This document shows, piece by piece, positions 9,459-19,052 of a stretch of 64,000 bases of DNA; positions within the stretch are counted from its first letter, which is position 1; each line of letters opens with the position of its first letter. The notes under the pieces were generated by a model. The model searched no databases. It was not told the DNA's origin and saw only the letters and a list, made by a program, of their open reading frames with translations. Source of the stretch: an uncultured Gemmatimonadales bacterium (GTDB lineage Bacteria > Gemmatimonadota > Gemmatimonadetes > Gemmatimonadales > Gemmatimonadaceae); the NCBI GenBank assembly GCA_963701965.1, contig OY969695.1:1856001-1920000 (forward strand). The letters are read 5' to 3'. The position numbers were made by a program, and so were the translations under genes.

Positions 9459-10235
9459 ATGGCTGACCGCCGTCCGCGCTCTTTGCGACATGAGTACGAG
9501 ATGCATGTCGAGCGCGAGATCGAGAACTATAAAGACTCCTTGCCGCGGGCCGCGCTTCTCGGCATCGGGGACGAGGCGGTGACGAGTCTGAGCCGGGCGC
9601 CGCAGCTGGCGCTGACCGAGCTCGTGCTCTGCGAAGAGGTCGACCGCATCATCATGCGCCGGCTGCGGCTGCCGACGTACCAGACATGGCGACGGCGCCG
9701 CGTCCGCATCCTCGAGCGCTATCGGCGCCCCGAGCATTGGGGGTTGGACCCGGAGAGCGCGCTGGTCCGGGCGCTGCCGATCGACAATGGCATGTCGGGG
9801 GAGGCCAACGTGCTGGTCGCCGGTGCGCGCGTCGAGGGGGCCGCGCTCTATCTGGCGGCCAATGGGTGCGACGTCATCACCGTCGAAGAGGCCCCGGGCG
9901 TGGTGGAGCGCGTGCTCAACGCGGCCGAAGCGGCGGGACTGACGGAACGCGTGCGCGGGTGCGGCACGGACATCGGGCACTGGACACCGGACGTGCCGCT
10001 CAATGCCGTCGTGTGTACGCCAGCCGCGTTCGAGGGACTGTCGCCGGAGGAGCGGCTGCGGGTCATCGAGCTACTCCAGAGTGCGACCGCGGACGGTGGC
10101 GTGCATCTCGTGGAGACCATCGTCGCCGGCCAAGAGGCCGAGTTGCGCGATCGGTATGCGGGATGGGAGATCAGCGTCGAGCGCGATCCGCGAGCGGCCT
10201 CGAGAGCGTTCGTCGCCCGGAAGGGTGCCGCGTAG
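9459..10235 (+). CDS. Conserved hypothetical protein with a C-terminal degenerate methyltransferase-like fold
   Basis: Rossmann-like NVLVAGARVEGAALYLAANGCDVITVE and TADGGVHLV. TACCTT lies 8 nt before ATG 9459. Confidence 0.7.
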   Translation: MADRRPRSLRHEYEMHVEREIENYKDSLPRAALLGIGDEAVTSLSRAPQLALTELVLCEEVDRIIMRRLRLPTYQTWRRRRVRILERYRRPEHWGLDPESALVRALPIDNGMSGEANVLVAGARVEGAALYLAANGCDVITVEEAPGVVERVLNAAEAAGLTERVRGCGTDIGHWTPDVPLNAVVCTPAAFEGLSPEERLRVIELLQSATADGGVHLVETIVAGQEAELRDRYAGWEISVERDPRAASRAFVARKGAA

Positions 10236-10408
10236 TGACACACTGTGCGGAAATGTGCGTGTCGAAACGCGACGGTCGGACCGGTCGCACAGCCGAGTCA
10301 TAAAATCTAAGTCGATGCTTTGCATCGGCTTAGCTATCGATGTCGATCGTCAGTCCCGTGGCACTGGTGGTGCCTTAGGAAGGGTTACCATCACGAGGGG
10401 ACTGGACA

Positions 10409-10564
10409 ATGACCAACGACCATCAGCGTACGGACGAGCCCGAGCCGATTGGCATCATCATCTCGCAAGGCTCTCGCACGGATACGCCGCCGCGCTTCTC
10501 GGCCTATGTGTGGGGAGCGGCGCCGGCCGAGACACAGACCGCCTCGACCACGCGCGCGGCTTGA
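10409..10564 (+). CDS. Small hypothetical protein, 51 aa (not in the ORF track)
   Basis: MTNDHQRTDEPEPIGIIISQGSRTDTPPRFSAYVWGAAPAETQTASTTRAA. GAGGGG SD and TACCAT upstream; terminator immediately downstream. Confidence 0.65.
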   Translation: MTNDHQRTDEPEPIGIIISQGSRTDTPPRFSAYVWGAAPAETQTASTTRAA

Positions 10565-10571
10565 GTAGATC

Positions 10572-10614
10572 AAAAAAACAAAGAGCGGGGGCGCCTTCGG
10601 CGCTCCCGCTTTTT
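10572..10614. terminator. Bidirectional intrinsic terminator
   Basis: A-tract, AAAGAGCGGGGGCGCC-TTC-GGCGCTCCCGCTTTTT, T-tract, between two convergent small ORFs. Confidence 0.85.
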
Positions 10615-10685
10615 ACATCTCTTGCCCTGCCGCTTGCACAGCGCGCGACGGCGGAACGCCGCCGCGCGCTGCACTTGCAAGCTAA

Positions 10686-10775
10686 CTAGCGGCGCTTCTT
10701 GGCCGCCTTCTTCCGACCACCTTTCTTCGCAGCAGCCTTCTTTCTGCCTGCTTTCTTCGCCTTTTTGATAGCCAT
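10686..10775 (-). CDS. 29-aa Lys/Arg/Ala-rich basic peptide (histone H1 tail-like)
   Basis: MAIKKAKKAGRKKAAAKKGGRKKAAKKRR*. GGAG SD upstream; hairpin and terminator downstream. Confidence 0.7.
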   Translation of the reverse strand: MAIKKAKKAGRKKAAAKKGGRKKAAKKRR

Positions 10776-10861
10776 TTCGAACTGCTCCATTGCTGGAGTG
10801 AAGCACTCGGCCGATCCCCCGGTGGATCGGTGAGTGACGGACGGTGGTATTCGCCGCCCGC

Positions 10862-12220
10862 TTACACGGCCTCAGAGAGGCTCGTGAAGTTGAAATCGTG
10901 AACCTTGATCGGCGGCATCACCACCGCGCCGCCGGCTTCGGTGCCGGCCACGCGTTCGGGGTGCCCCATGGCGTCGAGGTTCGCGAGCATGAACAAGGGT
11001 GAGTCATTGAAGCGCATGTTGCGGACCGCTTTGGTGATTTTGCCGTCCTCGATGAGGAACGTGCCGTCGCGCGTCAATCCCGTATAGAGGATGGTGCGCG
11101 GATCGACTTCCCGCAGGTACCAGAGTCGCGTGACCAGCACGCCGCGCGGCGTCGAGGCGATCATTTGGTCGATCGTCGAGGTCGCGCCACTGCCCTGCAG
11201 TTTGATCGATCCCGGCTGCCCGGTCGCGGGCTGCTTCGCTTTCTTCGCCCAATAGCGCGTGTACTGTAAGTGCTCGAGCACCCCGTTCCCGATCCATACC
11301 TGCCGACCCAGCGGCAGTCCATCGTTGTCGAACGGTGTGTCCAGCAGTTGGTCATCTCGCGGATCGGACAGCAGCGTTACACGGGCATCGACGATCTTCT
11401 GTCCGACTTTGTTACCGCCACCCATCTTGGTAAACGGACTCCGACCCTCATCCGCTGAGCGCGCATCGACGTAGCCGGCGATGAGTTGCACGAGATCGCC
11501 GACCGCCTGCGGCTCGAAGATCACGGTGTAGCGTCCCGGCTCGATGGCGACCGGATTGCGCGACGCGCGCGCCTTCTCGATCGCGCGCGCGCTGGTGGCG
11601 CCGAAGTCGATCTGGGTCCAGTCCGGATTCTCGGCGCCCGCCCAACCCGATCCCGTGCCGTCGGCGGTGCGCACCGTGATCGTGTAGTTGGTGTTCGTGC
11701 TCCGGTGGTAGCCGAAAAGCCCCGCCGAATTGGCCACGGCCTGGACCGTCGCGTTGACGATCAGGAATCCGGCCGCATTGAGTTCGCCGGTGGCACGCGC
11801 CTGCGAAAGCGCGGACAGCGCCGCCTTGGCCCGGTCGTCCGGCGACACATTGGCCGTCGCCTCGAAGAACGCGCCCACCGGCTCATACGTCTGCCGCGAC
11901 AGCTCCGGCATCGCTTCCGGATCGTCGGGCGCCAACCGCGCCAATGCCTCGGACGCGGCGACCACGCGCGCGATCGACGCCTCCGACAAGTCGTTGGTCG
12001 TCGTGACCGCGTGTTTGGCGCCGAACGCGCTGGTGACCGCCAGCTGCGCGTCGGTCACGGCGCCGGACGTCGACACCTGGTTGGCGGCAAACCGCAGGTT
12101 CGTCGTGTAGGTGCTCTGCAGGTTGACATGAACCGCGTCGGCCTTCGACAGCTTCACGACGCGGGCCGTCAGCTCTTGCGCTTCGGCCTCGGACGTGAGC
12201 GCGCCGGAGGGCAGACTCAT
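10862..12220 (-). CDS. TldE/PmbA family non-catalytic partner
   Basis: NLRFAANQ, AIEPGRYTVIFEP, PFDNDGLP, TGLTRDGTFLIEDGKI, NMRFNDSP. No HExxxH. ATGA overlap with tldD. Confidence 0.88.
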   Translation of the reverse strand: MSLPSGALTSEAEAQELTARVVKLSKADAVHVNLQSTYTTNLRFAANQVSTSGAVTDAQLAVTSAFGAKHAVTTTNDLSEASIARVVAASEALARLAPDDPEAMPELSRQTYEPVGAFFEATANVSPDDRAKAALSALSQARATGELNAAGFLIVNATVQAVANSAGLFGYHRSTNTNYTITVRTADGTGSGWAGAENPDWTQIDFGATSARAIEKARASRNPVAIEPGRYTVIFEPQAVGDLVQLIAGYVDARSADEGRSPFTKMGGGNKVGQKIVDARVTLLSDPRDDQLLDTPFDNDGLPLGRQVWIGNGVLEHLQYTRYWAKKAKQPATGQPGSIKLQGSGATSTIDQMIASTPRGVLVTRLWYLREVDPRTILYTGLTRDGTFLIEDGKITKAVRNMRFNDSPLFMLANLDAMGHPERVAGTEAGGAVVMPPIKVHDFNFTSLSEAV

Positions 12221-13860
12221 GCCTTCCGTCCGGTGTTAATGACGTTGATCTGCTTGAAGCGCGCCGGCACGCAGCCATGGCTGACGGCATTGATCTGGCC
12301 GGGCTGCCCCTTCCCATCGAAGAAGCTGCCGCCCAGGAGGTATCCGCGCTTCCCGCCGATCAGGTCCATCGCGTTCCAGAAGTCTGGCGTCCGCATCTGG
12401 TACGCGACGTCCTTGAGCATCCCCACGATCTTGCCGCCCTTGATCTCGTAGAACAACTGGCCACCGAACTGAGCGTTGTAGCGCTGCTGGTCGATGGAGA
12501 ACGACCCGTCCCCGATGATCGCGATCCCGCGGTCGGTGGCGGCGATGAGGTCCTCCCAGACCAGGTCTTTCTCGCCGGGGAGGAGCGACACGTTCGGCAT
12601 GCGTTGGAACTGGACGTCGTTCCAATTGTCGGCGTACGAGCACCCGTGCGAGCGCGTGGGGCGGCCCTGGGCGTCGTACCACCATTTGATCCAGTTCGCC
12701 TGCTCGCGGGTGGTCTGATAGTCGTTGACGACCCCGTTCTTGATGATCAGGAACGTCTCGGGCGCGACCCCCTCGTCGTCGTAGCCGGTCGACGCGCAGC
12801 CGCCGGACTGCGACCGGTCGCCCTGGATGTTCATGAACTCGGGGCCGTACCGGAACTTGCCCAGCATCTTGTCGGGCGGGGAGACGAAGCTCGTGCCGGC
12901 AAAGTTGGCTTCGTAGCCGCTCGCCCGGTCCAGCTCCGTCGGGTGGGCAACGCTCTCGTGCAGCGTCAGCCACAGGTGCGTGGGATGCAGGACGAGATCA
13001 TAGCGGCCGACCTCCACCGGCTTGGCCTTGAGCTTCTGCGCCGCCTCGTCCGCCCATTTGGGGGCGTTGCCGACGCAATCCTGCTCCACCAGGTACTCGT
13101 AGCCCCGACCCATCGGCTGGATCGTGTTCGTCCGGATCTGGAAATCGGCGCCGTCCGCGGAGATCGCGGTGATCTGCATCGGGAGCCAGCTCCGAATGAT
13201 CAACTGGTTGATCATCGCGCCGTCGGTCGAGGCGAAGTTCTTGTCCTCGCGGACGAAGAACATCGAGCTGTTCACGAACTTGACGCCGGGAACCTTGAGG
13301 GCCTCGGTGTTGGCCCGGATCAAGAGATCGGCTTTCTGTTCGACGGGAATCGTGAACGGATCGGTGGTGAAATCGCTCTTCCAGCTCACCTCACCGATCT
13401 TGGGGGCCGGCGCCAGCTCGACGGCGCGGTCGCGGGCGACCCGATTGGCCTTGGCGATCGCCACCGCCTCTTTCGCCGCGCCCGCCACGCCATCCCGCGT
13501 GAGCGCGCGGGTCGCCGCGAACCCCCACGTGCCATCGACCAGCACCCGGACACCGCAGCCGACGGTATCGGTGTCGACGACCTGCACGATCTGCTTTTCG
13601 CGGGTGACGACGAAATTCTGGCGGTAGTGGCCGATTCTGGCGTCCGCGTAGCCCGCGCCGGCCATGGTAGCCGCATTCAACGCGTCCTGCAGCAGCGCTT
13701 TGATGCCCGCGTCCATGGGAGGCATCGCCTGCGGCGATCGCAGAGGCGGGTTCGCTTGGGGAGACTGCATCCCCGCCAGCGCGTCGGCACGTCCGGTGCC
13801 GATCGCCGCCAATGTCGCTGCTGCCGCTCCAGTTTTTAGGAAATCGCGTCGAGTCGTCAT
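12217..13860 (-). CDS. tldD: TldD family metalloprotease with a twin-arginine signal peptide
   Basis: MTTRRDFLK Tat motif, LHESVAHPTELD (HExxxH), YDDEGV, QRMPNVSL, DGKGQPGQINAVSHG. Confidence 0.9.
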   Translation of the reverse strand: MTTRRDFLKTGAAAATLAAIGTGRADALAGMQSPQANPPLRSPQAMPPMDAGIKALLQDALNAATMAGAGYADARIGHYRQNFVVTREKQIVQVVDTDTVGCGVRVLVDGTWGFAATRALTRDGVAGAAKEAVAIAKANRVARDRAVELAPAPKIGEVSWKSDFTTDPFTIPVEQKADLLIRANTEALKVPGVKFVNSSMFFVREDKNFASTDGAMINQLIIRSWLPMQITAISADGADFQIRTNTIQPMGRGYEYLVEQDCVGNAPKWADEAAQKLKAKPVEVGRYDLVLHPTHLWLTLHESVAHPTELDRASGYEANFAGTSFVSPPDKMLGKFRYGPEFMNIQGDRSQSGGCASTGYDDEGVAPETFLIIKNGVVNDYQTTREQANWIKWWYDAQGRPTRSHGCSYADNWNDVQFQRMPNVSLLPGEKDLVWEDLIAATDRGIAIIGDGSFSIDQQRYNAQFGGQLFYEIKGGKIVGMLKDVAYQMRTPDFWNAMDLIGGKRGYLLGGSFFDGKGQPGQINAVSHGCVPARFKQINVINTGRKA

Positions 13861-13976
13861 GAATGCGACATCATTAGACACGTTAAATCGCTTTGCGCGA
13901 ATATAGACATCGTAAGTTGGCGCCGCAATACACGTTGCTATGGATTTCGCGATAACGTGCTATCAGTTTTCGCCGA

Positions 13977-15003
13977 GTGAGAGCATTGGTCAAGCGCATC
14001 GCGGGTCCTGGGATGGTGCTGTGCGACGTCCCCGAGCCGACGCTCCGCGATGACGAAGTCCTGATCCGCGTGCGTCGCGCGGGCGTGTGCGGCACCGACG
14101 TCCACATCTACGACTGGGATGATTGGGCGAAGCGGCGGGTCAAACCGCCGATCGTCGTCGGGCATGAGTTCGCTGGCGACGTGGTCGAGGTGGGCCAACT
14201 GGTGACCGACGTCCGCACCGGCGACCGGGTGACGGCCGAGGGACACATCGTCAATGGACGCTGCCTGCTGTGCCGCACCGGCAACGCCCACGTCTGCCCG
14301 TACACCAAGATCATCGGCGTCGACCGCGACGGATGCTTCGCCGACTACATCGCCATGCCAGCCACGAACGTGTGGCACCTCGACGACGCGATCTCCTATG
14401 ACGTGGGGGGGATCCACGACCCGATGGGGAACGCGTTCCATACGACGCTGACGGCCGAAATCCCGGGCGCGGTCGTGTTGGTGACCGGATGCGGGCCGAT
14501 CGGCATTTTTGCCGTCGGCATCGCGAAAGCGGCCGGCGCGGCGCGCGTCATCGCCTCCGACGTGAACGACACGCGCCTGGCGCTGGCGCGCCGGATGGGG
14601 GCGGATGATGTGGTGCACCCCGAACAGGCCGAGGCCGCCGTTCGCGGCGCGACCGACGGCCTGGGTGTCGACGTCGTATTGGAGATGTCCGGGGTACCAT
14701 CCGCCATCCGGCAAGCGCTGGCGCTCGTGCGGGTGGGGGGACGCGTACAGATGCTCGGCATCCCGGCCCGCCCGATGGAGATCGATCTCGCCACCGAGGT
14801 GATCTTCAAAGGCATCACGATCTATGGGGTCGTCGGCCGCCGGATGTACGAAACCTGGCACCAGAATGACACGATTTCTGCGATCCGGGCAGTTCGACCC
14901 GACGCCGGTCATCACGCACCGGTTCCCGCTCGATGCGGTGGACGAGGCGATGCGGGTCATCAAGACGGGCGAAGCGGGCAAAGTCATCTTCGAGGTGGCG
15001 TGA
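13977..15003 (+). CDS. tdh: L-threonine 3-dehydrogenase (one extra base near 14865)
   Basis: GVCGTDVHIYDWD, GHEFAG, AEGHIV, GCGPIG, GRRMYETW. The C-terminus MTRFLRSGQFDPTPVITHRFPL...GKVIFEVA* resumes in the shifted frame. Confidence 0.93.
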
Positions 15004-16196
15004 TGTCCCTGAATGCGGACCTGGCGGCGGGCATCGAGCAGCTCAAGCGCGACAACGTCTACAAACGCCTCAACTACCTGGACTCGCCGCAGGCGGCGCG
15101 GGTCCAGATGCACGGGCGGGGGGAAGTGTTGATCCTCTCGTCGAACAACTATCTGGGCTTGGCCAATGAACCGACGGTCGTCGAGGCCGGGGTCGAAGCC
15201 CTGCACCGGCTCGGCGCCGGCACCGCCAGCGTCCGGTTCATCTGTGGGACGTTCTCCATCCACCAGGAGCTGGAAGCCGCCCTGGCGCCGTTCGTCGGAA
15301 CGGAGTCATCCCTCAGCTTCCTCTCCGCGTGGAACGCGAACGAGGCGCTGACCGGCAACATCGTCGGCGAGGGAGACGTCGTCCTGTCCGACGCGCTCAA
15401 CCACGCGTCGATCATCGACTCGATGCGGTTGGCGAAGGCGATCACGAAGTGCACGACCGGTGTCTATCAGCACGGCGACATGGACGACCTCACGGCCAAG
15501 CTGTCGGCGGCGTCGGGCGCCCGCCGCAAGATCATCTGGACGGACGGGGTGTTTTCCATGGAAGGGAGCATCGCCAAGCTCCCCGACATCCTCGAGATTG
15601 CCCGGCGCTTCGACGCGACAGTCATCGTCGACGATTCGCACGCCACGGGCGTGCTCGGCACCGCGGGACGCGGGACCGCCGAGCACTTCGGCGTGCTGGG
15701 CGAGGTCGATATCATTACATCGACCTTGGGGAAGGCGCTGGGCGGCGCGGCGGGAGGATTCGTCGCGGGATCGGCCGCGCTCACGGATACGCTCACGCAA
15801 CGCTCGCGGCCGCAGTTGTTCTCCAACGCCCTGCCACCGACGGTAGCCGCCAGTTCATTGGCGGCGGTACGGTTCGTCGAGCAGCACCCGGACCGCGTGA
15901 CCAAGCTCCAGGACAATACGCGCTACTTCCGCCAGGCGATCGTCGAAGCGGGACTCAAGCCGCTGGCGGGGGAGACGCCGATCGTGCCCATCATCGTCGG
16001 CGAGACGGCGACGGCCATCCGGATGAGCGAGCGGCTGCTGGATCGCGGGGTGTTCGTCACGGGGTTTGGATTCCCCGTCGTCCCTCACGGCACGGCGCGC
16101 GTGCGGTGTCAGCTTTCGGCGGCCCACAGCAGGGCCGACCTCGACGAAGCGGTCACGGCGCTCCGTGACGTAGCCCGCGAGTTGGGCGTCTTATAA
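15003..16196 (+). CDS. kbl: Glycine C-acetyltransferase (2-amino-3-ketobutyrate CoA ligase)
   Basis: SSNNYLGLAN, ASVRFICGT, DALNHASIID, TDGVFSMEG, DDSHATG, STLGKALGG. TGATG overlap with tdh. Confidence 0.93.
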   Translation: MSLNADLAAGIEQLKRDNVYKRLNYLDSPQAARVQMHGRGEVLILSSNNYLGLANEPTVVEAGVEALHRLGAGTASVRFICGTFSIHQELEAALAPFVGTESSLSFLSAWNANEALTGNIVGEGDVVLSDALNHASIIDSMRLAKAITKCTTGVYQHGDMDDLTAKLSAASGARRKIIWTDGVFSMEGSIAKLPDILEIARRFDATVIVDDSHATGVLGTAGRGTAEHFGVLGEVDIITSTLGKALGGAAGGFVAGSAALTDTLTQRSRPQLFSNALPPTVAASSLAAVRFVEQHPDRVTKLQDNTRYFRQAIVEAGLKPLAGETPIVPIIVGETATAIRMSERLLDRGVFVTGFGFPVVPHGTARVRCQLSAAHSRADLDEAVTALRDVARELGVL

Positions 16197-16523
16197 AAGC
16201 CTGACGCGCACGACGAGACGTCGCCAACTGGCGACGTCGTCGCCGCCGACCGTCTCCACGCTCGCCTGACAGCGCCCGCCCGCCAGCATCCACGGCGCGA
16301 GCCAGGCGCCGATTTGCTGGGGGAGATGACCCACGACATCCCCGCCCGGGGCGTGCACCCACACGGCGGGCACGTCGGCGCCCGGGGGATCGGGAATCAG
16401 CAACACCCGCTCACCCAGGTGTAAACGGTGCACCGTCCGCGTCCGGTCGGCGAAGACCGTGCCGTGGACGGCGGCGCTGAACTCGTCGCAGCCGGGCGGA
16501 GGCTGGGGAGGCGGGCGGTCCAT
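16191..16523 (-). CDS. Stand-alone HIRAN domain protein
   Basis: VHGTVFADR...LHLGERVLLIPDP...AVWVH...VVGHLP matches the HIRAN pattern. Confidence 0.7.
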   Translation of the reverse strand: MDRPPPQPPPGCDEFSAAVHGTVFADRTRTVHRLHLGERVLLIPDPPGADVPAVWVHAPGGDVVGHLPQQIGAWLAPWMLAGGRCQASVETVGGDDVASWRRLVVRVRLL

Positions 16524-16644
16524 CAGCAACTCTGACCGAATCAGTCAATCCGTCGCCGCAATTCGTGACCCGCCGGGGCCTGTCTTCGTCCCCCCCATGA
16601 GTCGTGCCGTGTTCACGCAGTATCCATCCTTTGAGGTTTGTCAC

Positions 16645-17352
16645 ATGCGGCTGATCCGTGGCCTTACGACGGGGCTCGCCTCGCTCGCGCTGCTCCCTGC
16701 CATCGGGCACGCGCAAGAGGGACGCCTGTTCAACAACTCGTGGTTCTGGGGTGTGAGCGGCGGCGTCATGACGTACTGGACGACCAACGTTGCACACGCG
16801 CAGGCGCCGACGGCTGGTATCGAGTGGTTGCTCACGCAGAAGCATACCGCCCTCTATCTGTCGTTCGACCAATCGTTCTTCAAGACCACCGGGGTGTCGT
16901 TCACCAACGTCGGGCACCAGTTCAACGACAGCACGCTCACCACGGGCAGCGACTGGGCATTCGGGCAAGCGGCCACAGTTCATAACTCACGCCAGCTGTC
17001 GGCCGCCCTTCTGGGATTCCCCGGCAGCGGCCCGATCCGGCCCTATGGCGGCGTCGGCGTCTCGTTCAACTTCGTGCAAAACGCGGTCATCAGCGGCGCG
17101 TATCCGACCTCCTCCGGGTCGCCGAGCGCCAACCCGGCGTTCTGGTTCCCCAACTTTTATCAAAACCAGTTCCTCGACCAGAGCGCGTATTGGGTGAGCC
17201 CGATGCTCATGGCCGGACTGCAGATTCAGGTGAGCCGCATCTCGATTTTCGGACAAGGCAAGGTGATGACCACCGATAGCCGACACCTGTTCAGCGACGG
17301 CGCGTTCTTCACGCTTCAGGCTGGCATTCGCTACAACGTGGCCGGGTACTAG
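16645..17352 (+). CDS. Secreted outer-membrane beta-barrel-like protein
   Basis: GAGGT SD, signal peptide ending GHA-Q, amphipathic strands (RPYGGVGVSFNF, LQAGIRYN). Confidence 0.7.
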   Translation: MRLIRGLTTGLASLALLPAIGHAQEGRLFNNSWFWGVSGGVMTYWTTNVAHAQAPTAGIEWLLTQKHTALYLSFDQSFFKTTGVSFTNVGHQFNDSTLTTGSDWAFGQAATVHNSRQLSAALLGFPGSGPIRPYGGVGVSFNFVQNAVISGAYPTSSGSPSANPAFWFPNFYQNQFLDQSAYWVSPMLMAGLQIQVSRISIFGQGKVMTTDSRHLFSDGAFFTLQAGIRYNVAGY

Positions 17353-17390
17353 GCGACGCTAACGCGCCGCTAGTAGCTGGTCGGTTGGAC

Positions 17391-17413
17391 AAGGCTCGGC
17401 TTCGCCGAGCCTT
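17391..17413. terminator. Hairpin between convergent genes (probable terminator)
   Basis: AAGGCTCGGC-TTC-GCCGAGCCTT, a perfect 10-bp stem with weak U-tracts. Confidence 0.55.
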
Positions 17414-17432
17414 CGTACACTCGGCGGGCTCC

Positions 17433-18434
17433 TCAGAGTACAGAGTCGAGCAGCTTGAGCATATTGCCGCCGAGGATATTCGCGGTCTCGGCGGCCGTGA
17501 ATCCGCGGTCGAGTAACCCCTGGGCGATGCGCGGCATCGCCCTGACGTCTTCCAGGCCGACGGGCACAAACGGGATGCCGTCGAAGTCGCTGCCCAGCCC
17601 CACATGCGCAACGCCGGCCACGCTGGCGATATGCGCGATGTGGTCGATCACGCGGGTCATGGGAACCGCCGCCGGAAATCCGGCATCGAGAAACTTCGGG
17701 TAGAAGTTCACGTTGACGACCCCACCGCCGGCGGCCACCGCCCGCAGCTGGTCGTCGGTCAGGTTCCGATGATGATCGTTGAGCGCCCGCGCGCCGGAAT
17801 GCGACGCGACGACCGGCGCCTCGCTCAGCGCCAACACATCGTCCAGCGTCGTATCCGACGCATGCGACACGTCGACGATCATGCCCAGCTGGTTCATCAC
17901 GGCGATGACATCGGCTCCAAACGGCGTCAGCCCGCCCATGCGCGTCCCCTCCAGCCCTCGCGACGACCCCGCCCAGGCGTTGCCGTTGTTCCACGTCAGC
18001 GTGAGATACCGCGCGCCGCGGGCATACAGCTCCCGGAGGCGCTCCAGGGAGTCCTCGATCGCATGCCCGCCCTCGACCGCCGCAAACACAGCGACCCGCC
18101 GCGACGCCTTCGCCTGTCGCACATGATTCGCGGTCGTCCCGAACAGGAGCTGCGCGGGATGCCGCGCCGCGAACGCCCGAATGGCGTCGAGACCGGCGAT
18201 CGCCCGGTCGAACGAGCCGTTCGGCGTCTGCTGGACATACGTCGCATCGACCCACGACGCGAAAAAGACCGCGGTGAGACCGGATTCCACGAGGCGTGGC
18301 AAGTCCGTATGCCCGACATCAGCGTGGACCACATCCGGATCGTACGCCTGGTCGAGCACCAGCGTCGCCATGTCGTTGTGCATGTCGATCACATAGGCCC
18401 GCCGGTACACATCCCACGCCGTATCAGAGATCAT
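17433..18434 (-). CDS. Membrane dipeptidase (peptidase M19)
   Basis: IDMHND, AVEGGH, RYLTLTWN, DVSHAS, ASHSGARAL, RNLTD, VGLGSDFDG, ILGGN. Confidence 0.93.
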   Translation of the reverse strand: MISDTAWDVYRRAYVIDMHNDMATLVLDQAYDPDVVHADVGHTDLPRLVESGLTAVFFASWVDATYVQQTPNGSFDRAIAGLDAIRAFAARHPAQLLFGTTANHVRQAKASRRVAVFAAVEGGHAIEDSLERLRELYARGARYLTLTWNNGNAWAGSSRGLEGTRMGGLTPFGADVIAVMNQLGMIVDVSHASDTTLDDVLALSEAPVVASHSGARALNDHHRNLTDDQLRAVAAGGGVVNVNFYPKFLDAGFPAAVPMTRVIDHIAHIASVAGVAHVGLGSDFDGIPFVPVGLEDVRAMPRIAQGLLDRGFTAAETANILGGNMLKLLDSVL

Positions 18435-19024
18435 ACGACCCGCCCCGGCGACACCCACGGGTTGTCGCGGATGTAATAGCGCTGCGGCCAATCGGCCGCC
18501 TTCGTGATGCCAACCCGGGCAGAAACGCCGACGTCCGAGTCGGACACTTCCCTGCCAGCGCGAATGACCAGCGGCGGCCGCGTCAGCGGCCTGCCGCTGA
18601 ACGAAATGTCGATGCCAAACGCCGCGCACAGCTTCCCGGGACCGTTCGTGAGCGCGCGATCGTTCTTGGCGCGCGGACGGCGACGGCGCATGATGGCGAG
18701 GCCATCAAGTGGCTCGACGGCACGCACCAGCACCGCGGCACCGAGACCGACGGGCGCCGTCACCGCGTTCACACACCAGTACATGCCATAGACGAAGTAG
18801 ACGTACGCGGTCGCCGGTGGACTGAAGAGGTCACGGTTGCGGTTGGTCGGGCCCGGCGCCGCGTGGCTGGCCGGATCATCGGCCCCGAGATACGCCTCCG
18901 TCTCGACGATCCGGCCGCTGGCCACGCCCTCCGCGGTGCGACACTCGAGCACCGCGCCGAGCAGCGCGCGCGCGACGTCGGCCGAGTCACGATCGTAGAA
19001 CGACGCCGGCAGTGGAAGAGCCAC
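18431..19024 (-). CDS. DNA-3-methyladenine glycosylase (MPG/AAG family)
   Basis: VARALLG, GRIVETEAY, AYVYFVYGMY, AVLVRAVEP, LTNGPGKLC, RVGITKA. Confidence 0.93.
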   Translation of the reverse strand: MALPLPASFYDRDSADVARALLGAVLECRTAEGVASGRIVETEAYLGADDPASHAAPGPTNRNRDLFSPPATAYVYFVYGMYWCVNAVTAPVGLGAAVLVRAVEPLDGLAIMRRRRPRAKNDRALTNGPGKLCAAFGIDISFSGRPLTRPPLVIRAGREVSDSDVGVSARVGITKAADWPQRYYIRDNPWVSPGRVV

Positions 19025-19052
19025 GCGAAAAGCGACGCTTGAGAGCGACGCC

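Noticed and set aside
13977..16196. 739-aa Tdh-Kbl fusion
   Set aside because: One extra A near 14865 causes it. The genuine Tdh C-terminus and the TGATG junction are intact in the other frame.
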